DNA of 64,000 nucleotides from Clostridia bacterium (GCA_017504305.1 JAFVRJ010000027.1:4172-68171); one strand, 5' to 3'; counted from the stretch's first letter, positions 36,556 through 46,591 are shown. The notes: generated from the letters alone by a model not told the origin. Program-made: numbers and translations.

Positions 36556-39500
36556 TTAGAACTTCAGATGATGCGGTCTCTTCTTGCGCTTTCTCGGTGA
36601 GAAGAAGGAGGGGAAGAAGGTAAAGAATATAATCAGCACGATGGCGATTATTAAGCCGATCTTGATGTATCCGCCCTTGAATTCGCCTACAAAGCCAATA
36701 CCTTCGAGGTCACCTGCGTTTTCGAGGGTGATTATGCCGTTTACCACTGCAAGATCTTTTACGCGGTATTTGCCCTTTTCCTTAACGACTACTTTTACGC
36801 TTTCCTTATCGGCATAAGCGGAGGGAACTTTGATTTGCATTACGCTATCGTCGCTTAATACGTCGTCGCCGTTAATATCGATTTCATAACCGATAACAAC
36901 GCGCTCGAGGGCGGTAAGGAGTCCGCTAATGGTGCTATTGGATTGCATCTTTTCGAGCTTGATGGTGGAGTCGGGGTGGAATCCGTTGTCAGACTCGATC
37001 ATGACGGAAAGATCTTCGCTTTGATGCTCGATGGTGAGTGAATAAATGGTTATGGTAACCATAACGGGGTCTGGCTCGGAATAGGTATCGGTAGCGTCTG
37101 CACGCAAGGTTACGATATATAGTCCGGGGCTTACGAAGGAGTTTTCGACCTCGTTTGAACCGAGATAGTATTTTATTTCTGCGCCACTTGAGCAAGTTGC
37201 TTCGATCACGTAAGCATTGCCGTTGTATACGAAGGATACGTCCGTATTGTCGACGCGGATTTTTGAGGGGTTACCGTAAATGCGGTAGGTAGCGGTGGTA
37301 ACCACCAAAGTATAGCACTCGTTGGTGCAAGTTGCATCGAGAGTATAGAAGCCTGCGATAGTACCTTCTTCTTTTGTGATTACGATGCCAACGTCCTCGT
37401 TATTGACTATGCTACCAGCGGTAATTGTGTAAGCGCTTTGGTCAACGATTATGGCTTCGCCGATAGTGGAGTATTGATCTTTAAGCGTTATGAAAATCTT
37501 ACGTTGAACGATAGTATAGGTACCGGGTGTGAACTCGATTGTGTAGTTATCGTTGTGGAGCGTTCCGATTAAGATGTCGTATCCACCGGGAACGGAGCCC
37601 GCTTCGCGTTCGAGAGAGCCTTCCAATTGCTCTTGACCAATTAGTGGAGTGGTGTCGTCAACAATGGGAGTAAGGGTGGCTTCGGGATCGCCGTATGCTA
37701 CGCTAACGTCTTGGGCGGTAACCTTAATGAAGTACGGTGAAATCGTGTAATTAAACGTGCCGTCTGCAAGCTTTACGTCATAGTTAGGATTGAGCTCGTT
37801 AAGGGTTCCGATGCTAATCGCATACTCACCTACGTTCGTGCCGTCAGCGCGTGCTAACTTACCGTCTAATTCACTTTCCGTAAAGGCGAGTGCGGTATTG
37901 GTATAGGTGATATCTGCATCTACAGAGCCGTATACGTGACCGACTCCGCTATCGGGGGTGACGATAACTTCTTTAGGAAGGATAGTGCAGTAAGCATCAT
38001 CGAGTTTTACAGAGTAGTTATCGTTATTCGAGCTTGCGAGGGAGATGGGATAGTCATTAACGTCTTCGCCAATTTCTCTTTGTAAAACGACTTCGAGCTC
38101 TACGTTGGGGATGCCGGTAGCAAGACTATATCCATACTTAATAGAGTAAGTAATAGTGCCGTCCTCATCGCCGTAGTTCTTTGTGAATCCAACGGGAACA
38201 ATGTAGATTTCGCGAGCAGTAACGGTATATTTTGCGCTAACGAAAGTAATGTTGTAGTTGGGGTTAAGCTCATTGGTAACGGTACCTTGTAATATGTTGT
38301 ATTCACCTGCGTCCGTACCTTCTTCGCGAGCGAGGTAACCGTTAAGTGATTCGTTACCAACCAAACCCACTACGTCAAAGCCCAATTCGTTTTGTTCTTC
38401 ACCAAAGATTTGGCTATCAGCTTTTGCGGTAACGGTGATATCTTTAGGAAGAATCTCGTATTTATCAACACCTGCACCATCCGCAATAGTGAACTCGTAG
38501 TTCGAGTTGAAAGCATATACGGTCAGTAAATCGTACAAGCCTTTTATCGTACCGGATTCGCGAGTGTAGTAAACGGTTACAACGTCATCGTGGAAGCCCG
38601 TTTCGATATCTTCAACAAGAAGTATTTCGTTTTCACCATAGGTGTTAACAAACTTTTTGGGAGTTACGGCATAAGGTCTAACGTTAATTGTGAATTTGCC
38701 GATTCCGCTATCCGTGGTCATGCTTGCGGTATAGTTTGCGCTATCGGTAATAACGTCTACAAAGTCGATAACAGTGCCGGCGTTTTCATTGGAAACGGCG
38801 TCTCTTAAGAAGATTACGTTGAGGGTTTCGCCGTTTAGTCCGTTTACCTCTTGCTTAAACTCGGGATCGTGGTCGCCGTAAAGTTTGCTATAAGCGTTGG
38901 GCGTTACGTCGCCGATATAATAGGGAGTAATCTTCAACTTAACGAGTATGGATGCTTCGTTATAGTTGGTCGTTTGGGCGGCGGTAAGGATGACGTCGTA
39001 GTATTCGCCGTCCGCTTTAACGTCTTTATAGCTTGCGTTTGCTTCAGCGGTCGTTTCGTTGTGGTTGAGGAGCGCCGTAGCGGTTTGGGAATTTGCATTG
39101 TAGATTAGCTCTAAATAGTGTGTGCCGTCAATAACGTTTGTGTTAACGGGCGTTATAACCGTATTAGCGCGGTTTATGACGTATTTTACACCCGTGGTGA
39201 AGGAAATATCGTAATTGAGGTTATTGGCGCTTGTGAGCGTTCCTGCAGTGATTTCGTAAGAGCCTGCAGTGCCGTCTTGATTACACTCGAGCGCACCGGA
39301 TAGGGGATATCCGCTAACGATAGCGTTACCCGTGGTGCCGGCACCGCCACTTACTTTGTAGTTAAGAGCTTGTTCGGCATCACCATAGGTGATAATCACT
39401 GCAACGGGAGTTATAGTTATGGGACGCTCGGTGATTACGTAATTAGCGCCAACGTAAGTGATATCGTAGTTAGCATTAGCTAACGTACCTTGGCTAATGG

Positions 39501-42500
39501 CGTAAGTGCCGACTATTTCGCCTACACCCCTTACGAGAGAGCCGGATAAAGTATCGTTGTTAACAATGCCTGCCGTGGTATATGAAAGCTCTTTTTCCGT
39601 TTCACCGAATACTTGAGTTTTACTATCGGCAGTAATCGTTAAGGGACGGGCTTCAAGAGTATACTTTCCGTTAACAAGAGTGATAGCATAGTTGCTGTTT
39701 TCAGCGTTGATTACGATATCGTAAGAGCCAACGCTCGAGTATTTTGTAACGGTAGAAGTAAAGGTTACGTTAAAGTCGTCGCCTGTTTTTTCGTTGCCAT
39801 CGGTGGAATAACCGAAATCCAATAAATCATCGCCGTATACGCTTGATTTATTTTTGGCGGTAATTGTTAAGGGACGAGGGGTAATATGATAGTAGTTGGT
39901 GTTAACTTTAACGGTATATTCGCCTGCATCGTAGTTTGCGGTAATTGAATAATCACCAACAACGTCACCGCTGTCACGAGAGAGTTGAACGTTAAGAGAA
40001 TCGATATTATCGCCATCTGCAAATACGCCTTGGTGAGTAAAGGTGAGTGCAACTGCTTCGTTGCCGTAAACTTGAGTTTTTTCCTCAATGCTTATAACTA
40101 TTATGCTTTCACCAATCGTATAAGTGCCTTCTACAAAAATAACTTCATAGTTCTCATTGGCACAAGTACCGGTGATATCATAGTCGCCTTTGGGCGAAGT
40201 TGAAGTCGCGGTGGTGGTTAAGGTTATTTCAAGGTCATCTTGGTTATAGATTTCACCTGCGGTAACGCGACCCGTTAACGTTTCGAGGCTAATACCATAG
40301 TTAGAAGCTTTATTATCAATGGTATAAGTAATGGGGGCAGGGGTGATGACGTAGCTACCTTTATTAAACGTAACATCGTAGTTTAGGTTACTATAGGTTG
40401 CGTTTGCGTTGGTCAAAATATAATCACCCGCATTTACGGGCATATTAACGTACGCGATATTAAGAACGCTTATAGGTTCGTCGTATGCCATTGCGTATCC
40501 ATCGGCAAGAGTAGGAGCGGGAGGTACAATAGCCAAGCCGTATTGACTTTCGCTGGAATTTAGATTTACGGTAATGGCTTTCTGGTTTACGGTGTAAGAG
40601 CCGTTTAAGAAGGTTACGTTGTAGTTAGCGTTATTAAAGCTTGCATCCGTTGCCTCAAGGACGTAAGTGCCTTGGTCTTTATTTGCATTTTGAGGTACGG
40701 TGATATTAAGTAGGTTAATATCTTCGCCATAGGCCATGCTAAAGCCGTCCGCAAGATCATAACCAATGGTTTGGAAAGGATCACCGTATGTTGAGCTACC
40801 ACTTCCAATTTGGATTGTAATCGCTTTAGCGCTAATCGTGTAAGTGCCGTTTTTTATGGTTACGTCGTAATTTGCGCTATTGCTGGTGCCGGTGATGTCG
40901 TAAGTACCAAAGCCCAAGCCGTCCTGCTTCGTAAGCGTTACGTCAAGGTCGGATTCATCATCGCCTGTAACTAAAGCTCCGTCAGTTATGGTTATAGTTA
41001 GGGGAGCAAACGCTTCGCCGTAAACAGAAGTCTTATCAGCAGCTTTTACGGTAATAGGCTTTTTAGTAATTGTATAAGTGCCCTTTGCCGTTGAGGCGTT
41101 GGTAACGTTGTAGTTCGTGCCGTCGCCGTTGTATGTTTTGACGGTAATATCATAAGTGTCAACGCCATAAGTGTCAACGCCTAAACCATCTGACGTTTGT
41201 AGCTCGATAGTGCCGAGGTCTGCAATAGTATTGCCGTTTACAAGATTGTTTGCAGTAAACGTTAGGGGTACAATGCTTTCGCCGTAAACGGAGGTCTTAT
41301 CAGCAATAGTAATCGTAACATCTCTCTTGGTGATAGTATAAGCACCGGTCGTTTTGGTGCCGTCTTCACTTGTAAAGCTTACGTCGTAATTAGTGCTTGT
41401 ACTTGTGCCGTTGATGTTGTACGTGCCAACGTTAGCCGTATTGGAAGCAATAGTAGTAAGACTAATTGCAAGAGCGCTTACTTCGTCTTTAACACCATCT
41501 ATGGTTGCGAGATCGTCGGGGTCATAAGTAAAGGTAAGTGACTCGATAACGTTGCCGTAAACAGAAGTCTTATCATCAACCGTTACGGTAATATGCTTTT
41601 GAGAAATGGTATAAATACCGGTATTGCTTGCGGTTACTACGTAGTTATTTGCCTTTAAGGACTTAGCAGTAATTCCGTAAGTGTCAACAGTATAGCCGGC
41701 GTCCCTTGCTAAAACAGCGGTTATTACGTCGATTGTATCGCCGTTAACAAGCTCGGTGGAGGATATGGTGAGTTGTGCATCATCTTGACCATAAACGTGG
41801 CCTGCATTGTTGATGGTGACGCTTATTGGGCGTTGATTGATTTTGTAAATGCCATTTGCTACGGTTATATCGTAGTTAGCACTCGTTGCGGAACCGGTTA
41901 TGTCGTAATCGGCAACGTTAGAAGTGTTAGTGGCAGTGGTGGTAAGTGTTACTTTGAGAACGGCTTCAGTATCGGTGTCACCATTTACAAGTGCGCCATT
42001 AGGGATCGTATAGGTCAGGGAAACTATATCATCGCCGTAGTCGGAAGATTTATTAACCGCATATATGGTAATCGCCTTTTTTGCGATGGTGTATGTGCCG
42101 GTCGTTTTGGTGCCGTCTTTACTTGTAAAGCTTACGGCGTAATTAGTGCTTGTACTTGAGCCGTTGATGTTGTACGTGCCAACGTTAGCCGTATTGGAAG
42201 CAATAGTAGTAAGACTAATTGCAAGAACGCTTACTTCGTCTTTGACACCATCTATGGTTGCAAGATCGTCGGGGTCATAAGTAAAGGTAAGTGGCTCGAT
42301 AACGTTGCCGTAAACAGAAGTCTTATCATCAACCGTTACGGTAACGGCTTTCTTCTCGATAACAAAATTGGTAGCTTGTAAGATTACGTTGTAGTTGGGG
42401 TTGGCAATAGTACCGAGGTTAAATGCATAATTTGCTACGGCTTCACCACTTGCTCTTTGGAAAGCTCCACTCAAAGCATCGCCATCGTATAAAGTACCAC

Positions 42501-44295
42501 TTGTTACGTTGTACGCACTAAAAACGGGGTCAACGTCGCCGTAGGTCTTTTGGACGTTGGTCGGCTCGACGGTCAAACTTGCTTGATTTACCGTAAAGGT
42601 TATACGTTCGCTATTTAAGGTGACGTAGAAGGGGTTTCCGGTTGTAAACAGGTTGTAATTTACGTTGACCGTGTTGCAGTACATCAAAGCCAAATTATAT
42701 TCGTCAAGAGTGGTTACAAGTTCTGCGGTATAGGTGCCGGCTTGTAGTCTTGCGTTTGAGTAATCATCGTTCCAACTTTCGTAAACAATATTGCCGTTTG
42801 CATTACGTATACGTACGGAAGCATTTTCGAAGCTGTTTGCGCGGTTTGTAGATGTAGATCCCGCCCAATAACCTACGCCACAGGTTGCTAAATTAGAATT
42901 AAGGCTTAAATCGGTATTTACGGAATTATTAGTATTATCGCGGATAGAAGCGACAATATCTTCAAGGTCGATATCGGAACTATAAGTATAAGTTGTGTTC
43001 GCAACGTGGATGGTAGCAATTTTACCAATTCTAACGTTAGCGAAAACGTTGGAAGTCGGTTCTGATTCTGATTTGTTGATTTTAAATAGAACGTCTACGC
43101 CGGCGCCAATATCCGATTTAGTACCGATAAATACAATACCGTCAGCACTACCGCCGGTTGCAAAAAGTTGGGTGTTTCCGTTATAACCGACGTGGCCGAT
43201 AACGTAATCGTCATTGCCGATGCTTGCCGAGAAACGTCCCTTTAAAACCAATATATCTTCGTTATTGGGATCAAAGCAAACTCTATCGACGTAAGCGTTA
43301 GCATTTGTAAACGTTACGCCATTATAGTTATTTGCCACCATAGTGCGGTAGACTTCTACCGTATTGGTAACGGTCGCACCGGTTGTAGTGGTGGTTCCGC
43401 TAAGCCCTTGGTTTTGAACGGAAGCATCGTTGTTATGCGACGTTCTGTTATCAAAATAATATAATTTATCAACGTTACAACTATTCCCGGCAGAAACAAT
43501 ATTTTTTGTTGTAGTTACGGAATATGGACCTGCTTCAAAAGTGCCCGTGAACCCCCAAACAAGGTCTTTACAATCAACGGTAGAGCCTAAATTATCGCCG
43601 ATGAAGCCACCTACTCGCACGGAAGTGGTGTCGGTCGTCTCGCTAAGACTTGAAGACGCTTTACCGCTTCCAAAAATAGAGCAACGCTCAAATAAAGTGT
43701 GCGTGGAACTAAATGAAGCAACACCAACAAACAAACCGAGGTTAGCATTGCCGCCGTAGTTCATGTTGCGTTGTAAACCATGTCCTACGCTGGAATTGTA
43801 TGCATCCATGATAAGAGTACAATCCGTTATTGAAGAAGTACCGGTAACCCTTCCAACAACACCACCCATGCCATCATGAGTTTTAGTGATTGCGTGGTAT
43901 CTTATACAAGAGCCGGCTTCATAAGTGATAGTACAATTATATAATGAAGCACCGCCTTCCATAAGACCGACGACTCCCCCAAAGCTACATGGGGACGTGT
44001 TGTTATAGTTACTATCTCCCCAATAATTTGTGTTTGAAGCAAACGCAACGTTGAGGTTTTTGATTGTACCGCCACTTAATACGTCGACGATCATTCCGGT
44101 GTTAAGTCGGTCGCCGGTTGTCATGCGCGTCCAGCTGGTGTCAATGGGATTAAGCTTTATGGTATGACCATTTCCATCTAAAACACCGCTAAACGTTACT
44201 TGACCATGAGTTCCAACAACGGGATACCAACCGTTTGATGCCGTAATATCGTTTGCAAGATAGTATTCACAGATACGGAATGAGCAGAACTTGAA
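36556..44295 (-). CDS. Giant surface protein, C-terminal frame (GLUG motifs, more than 20 MBG/YGX-type repeats, C-terminal TM anchor)
   Basis: The frame is open from 44295. The 57 codons upstream of the ORF-track ATG read EYYLANDITASNGWYPVVGTHGQVTFSGVLDGNGHTIKL, which is typical of GLUG-region modules. Repeats follow the pattern ...YG(D/E)...L(T/S)(Y/F)T...G(D/N)...G(T/E)Y.I...NY.V. The tail is IGLIIAIVLIIFFTFF...RKRKKR. Confidence 0.8.
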   Translation of the reverse strand, partial: FKFCSFRICEYYLANDITASNGWYPVVGTHGQVTFSGVLDGNGHTIKLNPIDTSWTRMTTGDRLNTGMIVDVLSGGTIKNLNVAFASNTNYWGDSNYNNTSPCSFGGVVGLMEGGASLYNCTITYEAGSCIRYHAITKTHDGMGGVVGRVTGTSSITDCTLIMDAYNSSVGHGLQRNMNYGGNANLGLFVGVASFSSTHTLFERCSIFGSGKASSSLSETTDTTSVRVGGFIGDNLGSTVDCKDLVWGFTGTFEAGPYSVTTTKNIVSAGNSCNVDKLYYFDNRTSHNNDASVQNQGLSGTTTTTGATVTNTVEVYRTMVANNYNGVTFTNANAYVDRVCFDPNNEDILVLKGRFSASIGNDDYVIGHVGYNGNTQLFATGGSADGIVFIGTKSDIGAGVDVLFKINKSESEPTSNVFANVRIGKIATIHVANTTYTYSSDIDLEDIVASIRDNTNNSVNTDLSLNSNLATCGVGYWAGSTSTNRANSFENASVRIRNANGNIVYESWNDDYSNARLQAGTYTAELVTTLDEYNLALMYCNTVNVNYNLFTTGNPFYVTLNSERITFTVNQASLTVEPTNVQKTYGDVDPVFSAYNVTSGTLYDGDALSGAFQRASGEAVANYAFNLGTIANPNYNVILQATNFVIEKKAVTVTVDDKTSVYGNVIEPLTFTYDPDDLATIDGVKDEVSVLAISLTTIASNTANVGTYNINGSSTSTNYAVSFTSKDGTKTTGTYTIAKKAITIYAVNKSSDYGDDIVSLTYTIPNGALVNGDTDTEAVLKVTLTTTATNTSNVADYDITGSATSANYDITVANGIYKINQRPISVTINNAGHVYGQDDAQLTISSTELVNGDTIDVITAVLARDAGYTVDTYGITAKSLKANNYVVTASNTGIYTISQKHITVTVDDKTSVYGNVIESLTFTYDPDDLATIDGVKDEVSALAISLTTIASNTANVGTYNINGTSTSTNYDVSFTSEDGTKTTGAYTITKRDVTITIADKTSVYGESIVPLTFTANNLVNGNTIADLGTIELQTSDGLGVDTYGVDTYDITVKTYNGDGTNYNVTNASTAKGTYTITKKPITVKAADKTSVYGEAFAPLTITITDGALVTGDDESDLDVTLTKQDGLGFGTYDITGTSNSANYDVTIKNGTYTISAKAITIQIGSGSSTYGDPFQTIGYDLADGFSMAYGEDINLLNITVPQNANKDQGTYVLEATDASFNNANYNVTFLNGSYTVNQKAITVNLNSSESQYGLAIVPPAPTLADGYAMAYDEPISVLNIAYVNMPVNAGDYILTNANATYSNLNYDVTFNKGSYVITPAPITYTIDNKASNYGISLETLTGRVTAGEIYNQDDLEITLTTTATSTSPKGDYDITGTCANENYEVIFVEGTYTIGESIIVISIEEKTQVYGNEAVALTFTHQGVFADGDNIDSLNVQLSRDSGDVVGDYSITANYDAGEYTVKVNTNYYHITPRPLTITAKNKSSVYGDDLLDFGYSTDGNEKTGDDFNVTFTSTVTKYSSVGSYDIVINAENSNYAITLVNGKYTLEARPLTITADSKTQVFGETEKELSYTTAGIVNNDTLSGSLVRGVGEIVGTYAISQGTLANANYDITYVGANYVITERPITITPVAVIITYGDAEQALNYKVSGGAGTTGNAIVSGYPLSGALECNQDGTAGSYEITAGTLTSANNLNYDISFTTGVKYVINRANTVITPVNTNVIDGTHYLELIYNANSQTATALLNHNETTAEANASYKDVKADGEYYDVILTAAQTTNYNEASILVKLKITPYYIGDVTPNAYSKLYGDHDPEFKQEVNGLNGETLNVIFLRDAVSNENAGTVIDFVDVITDSANYTASMTTDSGIGKFTINVRPYAVTPKKFVNTYGENEILLVEDIETGFHDDVVTVYYTRESGTIKGLYDLLTVYAFNSNYEFTIADGAGVDKYEILPKDITVTAKADSQIFGEEQNELGFDVVGLVGNESLNGYLAREEGTDAGEYNILQGTVTNELNPNYNITFVSAKYTVTAREIYIVPVGFTKNYGDEDGTITYSIKYGYSLATGIPNVELEVVLQREIGEDVNDYPISLASSNNDNYSVKLDDAYCTILPKEVIVTPDSGVGHVYGSVDADITYTNTALAFTESELDGKLARADGTNVGEYAISIGTLNELNPNYDVKLADGTFNYTISPYFIKVTAQDVSVAYGDPEATLTPIVDDTTPLIGQEQLEGSLEREAGSVPGGYDILIGTLHNDNYTIEFTPGTYTIVQRKIFITLKDQYSTIGEAIIVDQSAYTITAGSIVNNEDVGIVITKEEGTIAGFYTLDATCTNECYTLVVTTATYRIYGNPSKIRVDNTDVSFVYNGNAYVIEATCSSGAEIKYYLGSNEVENSFVSPGLYIVTLRADATDTYSEPDPVMVTITIYSLTIEHQSEDLSVMIESDNGFHPDSTIKLEKMQSNSTISGLLTALERVVIGYEIDINGDDVLSDDSVMQIKVPSAYADKESVKVVVKEKGKYRVKDLAVVNGIITLENAGDLEGIGFVGEFKGGYIKIGLIIAIVLIIFFTFFPSFFSPRKRKKRPHHLKF

Positions 44296-46403
44296 TTACG
44301 GAATATATTTAGAAATTGATCCCAGCTTGTTATTGCCGTGCCCGTAGGTACGTGGGTTTCACTTACCGTTCCGTTTACTAATCCTCTTTCGTTAAAAACA
44401 GGAGTTACAAACTGCGTATAGCGCGTGTTGCGTAAATAGGGGTAGCCATCGTTATAAACGGGATCACTTATATAATACACATTTCCATCGTAAGCAGTAA
44501 TTACTGTATCGGGACTTGTTACGACATAGTTGCCGTCTATTGAGTTCGCCGCTTTCGCGAGGGTATCAAAGTTTGTAAAACCGTCATTTGTATTATTCCA
44601 TTTGGATGTTAGGTTTCCAAAGCTATATGAATTTGTGATGTTAGGGGAGTTTGTATAGCATGCAATATGTCCTGCGCGGTCGCCGGAGGCGGATATCGCG
44701 CCACCATTAATGCAATAATTAATTGACGAGCCATCGCTACTGCTACCGCTACTAAGCCATCCCGTAATACCGCCGATGTGAACGTTCCCACCAATCGAAA
44801 TGTCACTATAGTTTGCACACTCAGTGACACTGCCGGCATTGGTAACAAGACCGGCGATACCGCCGAATTGCCAACCATCGGTCTTGCCTTGTCCTGCGGC
44901 ATTGATGCTACTGCACGATGAGTATTTAGTTACTTTACCCCAGTTAAGAGAGCGTTCGATTCTACCGTTATAGTTGACGCCAGCAATGCCTCCTGCGGGA
45001 CCCGCGCTGTTAACGGCACAACTATAGTTAACGCAATCCTCGATTAGAGCACCTTCGCCGTTAAATGCGGCGATGCCACCATTATAGTATGAGGAAGAAG
45101 TTATAGAGCCGTCGATCAAAGTTACGCCTTTAATAGTGCCCTTGTTATAACCGAAAAGGGCTCTGCCATAACTGGAGCTGTTTATGGTAAGATTTTTAAT
45201 TTTATAGCCGTTGCCGTCATACGTTCCCTCAAAAGGAATACCGTCTGGCGGAACGTTGCCTGAAGCGGGAGATACACCGATGGGAGTAAAGTTCAAAATC
45301 CCACCGAGGTCGATGTCAGCCGTTTGTTTATAATAAGCCGATTCATAGCCGTTTCCATATTGTACGAACGCTGCCATGTTTTGGAGGTCTGTAGCATTTT
45401 TGATTTTATAAGGATTGGATTCCGTGCCAGCACCCTCAAAAGGATTTGTTACATCAACTTTAATTTGTATATTTGCAATATAAAAACCGGCACTTTGGTC
45501 TGATGCTAAAAAGTAATGTAATCTTATGCCTTCTTTTCCTGTGGTATTGCCTGCTTTAATAGGGTTTTCCCAAGAAACACTTTGATCTTTGTACGTGCCA
45601 TTTGTAGCTTCTTCATCCAAATCGTATAAATCATCTGAATGTTCTTGCCCTAAAGTAAGTGGGCTATTTGATATAAAATCTGTACCGCCCAAGCCACCTT
45701 TGCCATTAGGTTGACTTTCGCCATCCAATAATTTATATTCCATGTCTGTAGTATACGACATGCCTAAAGTAGCATAGAAACCACACCTGCCGGAAGTATT
45801 GCGACTATAGTGGTATTTGCTGCCAACAACACAAGACATAGTGATTGTGACATGACCTACATCTGCCACTGCGGATAAGCCGGTATCCAGCTTAATATTG
45901 GTATAAAATGCACCACCGAAAACATCTGATTGAATCCAACCAAGTTGGCGGGAAGTGTCGTTGGAGTAAGTAGAAGTACCCTCATGCGATTCGGACTGTT
46001 TTCCGCCATTACGCCCACCGTTATTACCGCTTGTAGGGATTAAGTTTCCAAAGTATTGCGCTTTTAAACTTGCGCCAGAACCGGTAGCATAACCGCCGAC
46101 CGGGAGTTCATAGGTTCCAGCAGAGGGTATTTCGAAATAGTATTCTGGGTATCTTATGCCATCGTCAGAGGTGTCTTCGGAAGTGTCTGAACTATAATCG
46201 CTAAACTGAGTGGCGGATGGCGTCGCCAATTTAGGTGCGTTTTCGATAACGTCGGCGGAACCGTATTCTATAGGAATAAGGTCGGGGGTGTCCGCTTGGT
46301 TCAAAGAGTTTTGCGTAGTCGTATTGCACGATGCCAATAGTATGGATGCTATAAGGGCAATGCAAATTGTGACAATTACGTAAATTTTTCTGGTCTTATT
46401 CAT
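44196..46403 (-). CDS. Giant surface protein, N-terminal frame (lipoprotein signal, unknown beta-rich region, GLUG motifs)
   Basis: Lipobox LLASCNTT. GLUG-like motifs GGIAAFNGEG, GGIAGVNYNG, FGGIAGLVTNAG and IGGITGW, and a FEGTYDGNGYKIKNL module. The C-terminal ~20 aa look out of frame. Confidence 0.75.
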   Translation of the reverse strand: MNKTRKIYVIVTICIALIASILLASCNTTTQNSLNQADTPDLIPIEYGSADVIENAPKLATPSATQFSDYSSDTSEDTSDDGIRYPEYYFEIPSAGTYELPVGGYATGSGASLKAQYFGNLIPTSGNNGGRNGGKQSESHEGTSTYSNDTSRQLGWIQSDVFGGAFYTNIKLDTGLSAVADVGHVTITMSCVVGSKYHYSRNTSGRCGFYATLGMSYTTDMEYKLLDGESQPNGKGGLGGTDFISNSPLTLGQEHSDDLYDLDEEATNGTYKDQSVSWENPIKAGNTTGKEGIRLHYFLASDQSAGFYIANIQIKVDVTNPFEGAGTESNPYKIKNATDLQNMAAFVQYGNGYESAYYKQTADIDLGGILNFTPIGVSPASGNVPPDGIPFEGTYDGNGYKIKNLTINSSSYGRALFGYNKGTIKGVTLIDGSITSSSYYNGGIAAFNGEGALIEDCVNYSCAVNSAGPAGGIAGVNYNGRIERSLNWGKVTKYSSCSSINAAGQGKTDGWQFGGIAGLVTNAGSVTECANYSDISIGGNVHIGGITGWLSSGSSSDGSSINYCINGGAISASGDRAGHIACYTNSPNITNSYSFGNLTSKWNNTNDGFTNFDTLAKAANSIDGNYVVTSPDTVITAYDGNVYYISDPVYNDGYPYLRNTRYTQFVTPVFNERGLVNGTVSETHVPTGTAITSWDQFLNIFRNSSSAHSVSVNTILQTILRHQTVGIPLLELMVK

Positions 46404-46476
46404 AACACACCTCTTGAGAAGTCGTATCGTTTTAATATCGCGCGCGCTGATATGCGCAAAAATAAATATATAAAAT

Positions 46477-46506
46477 ATAATAACATAGGCGCGCGATATA
46501 TTTCAA
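46477..46506 (-). promoter_or_regulatory. Promoter of the giant surface-protein gene
   Basis: Read on the minus strand: TTGAAA(46506-46501)-18 nt (tatatCGCGCGCctatgt)-TATTAT(46482-46477). Confidence 0.55.
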
Positions 46507-46591
46507 TAGGGATTTTTTAAAATCAGTAAACGTTCACTTTTGAGGTATACAAAAAAAGAGCGATTTACCGCTCTTTAATAGATTATAGTAT

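Larger units (their letters stand above)
36556..46403 (-). pseudogene. Single ~9.8-kb adhesin-like gene interrupted by one frameshift (or by an assembly error)
   Basis: The two frames overlap between the stop at 44196-44198 (N-terminal frame) and the stop at 44296-44298 (C-terminal frame). Module homology continues across the junction. Confidence 0.7.

Noticed and set aside
38590-42159. Plus-strand ORFs inside the giant gene (for example 38851..39108, 41773..42159 and 39985..40203).
   Set aside because: They are antisense shadow ORFs produced by the repetitive G/T-rich complement of the MBG-like modules, and none has a start context.
44196-44298. Programmed ribosomal frameshift or homopolymer phase-variation switch in the giant gene.
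   Set aside because: I see no slippery heptamer, homopolymer tract or downstream pseudoknot-like structure in the overlap window. A mutation or an assembly error is simpler.
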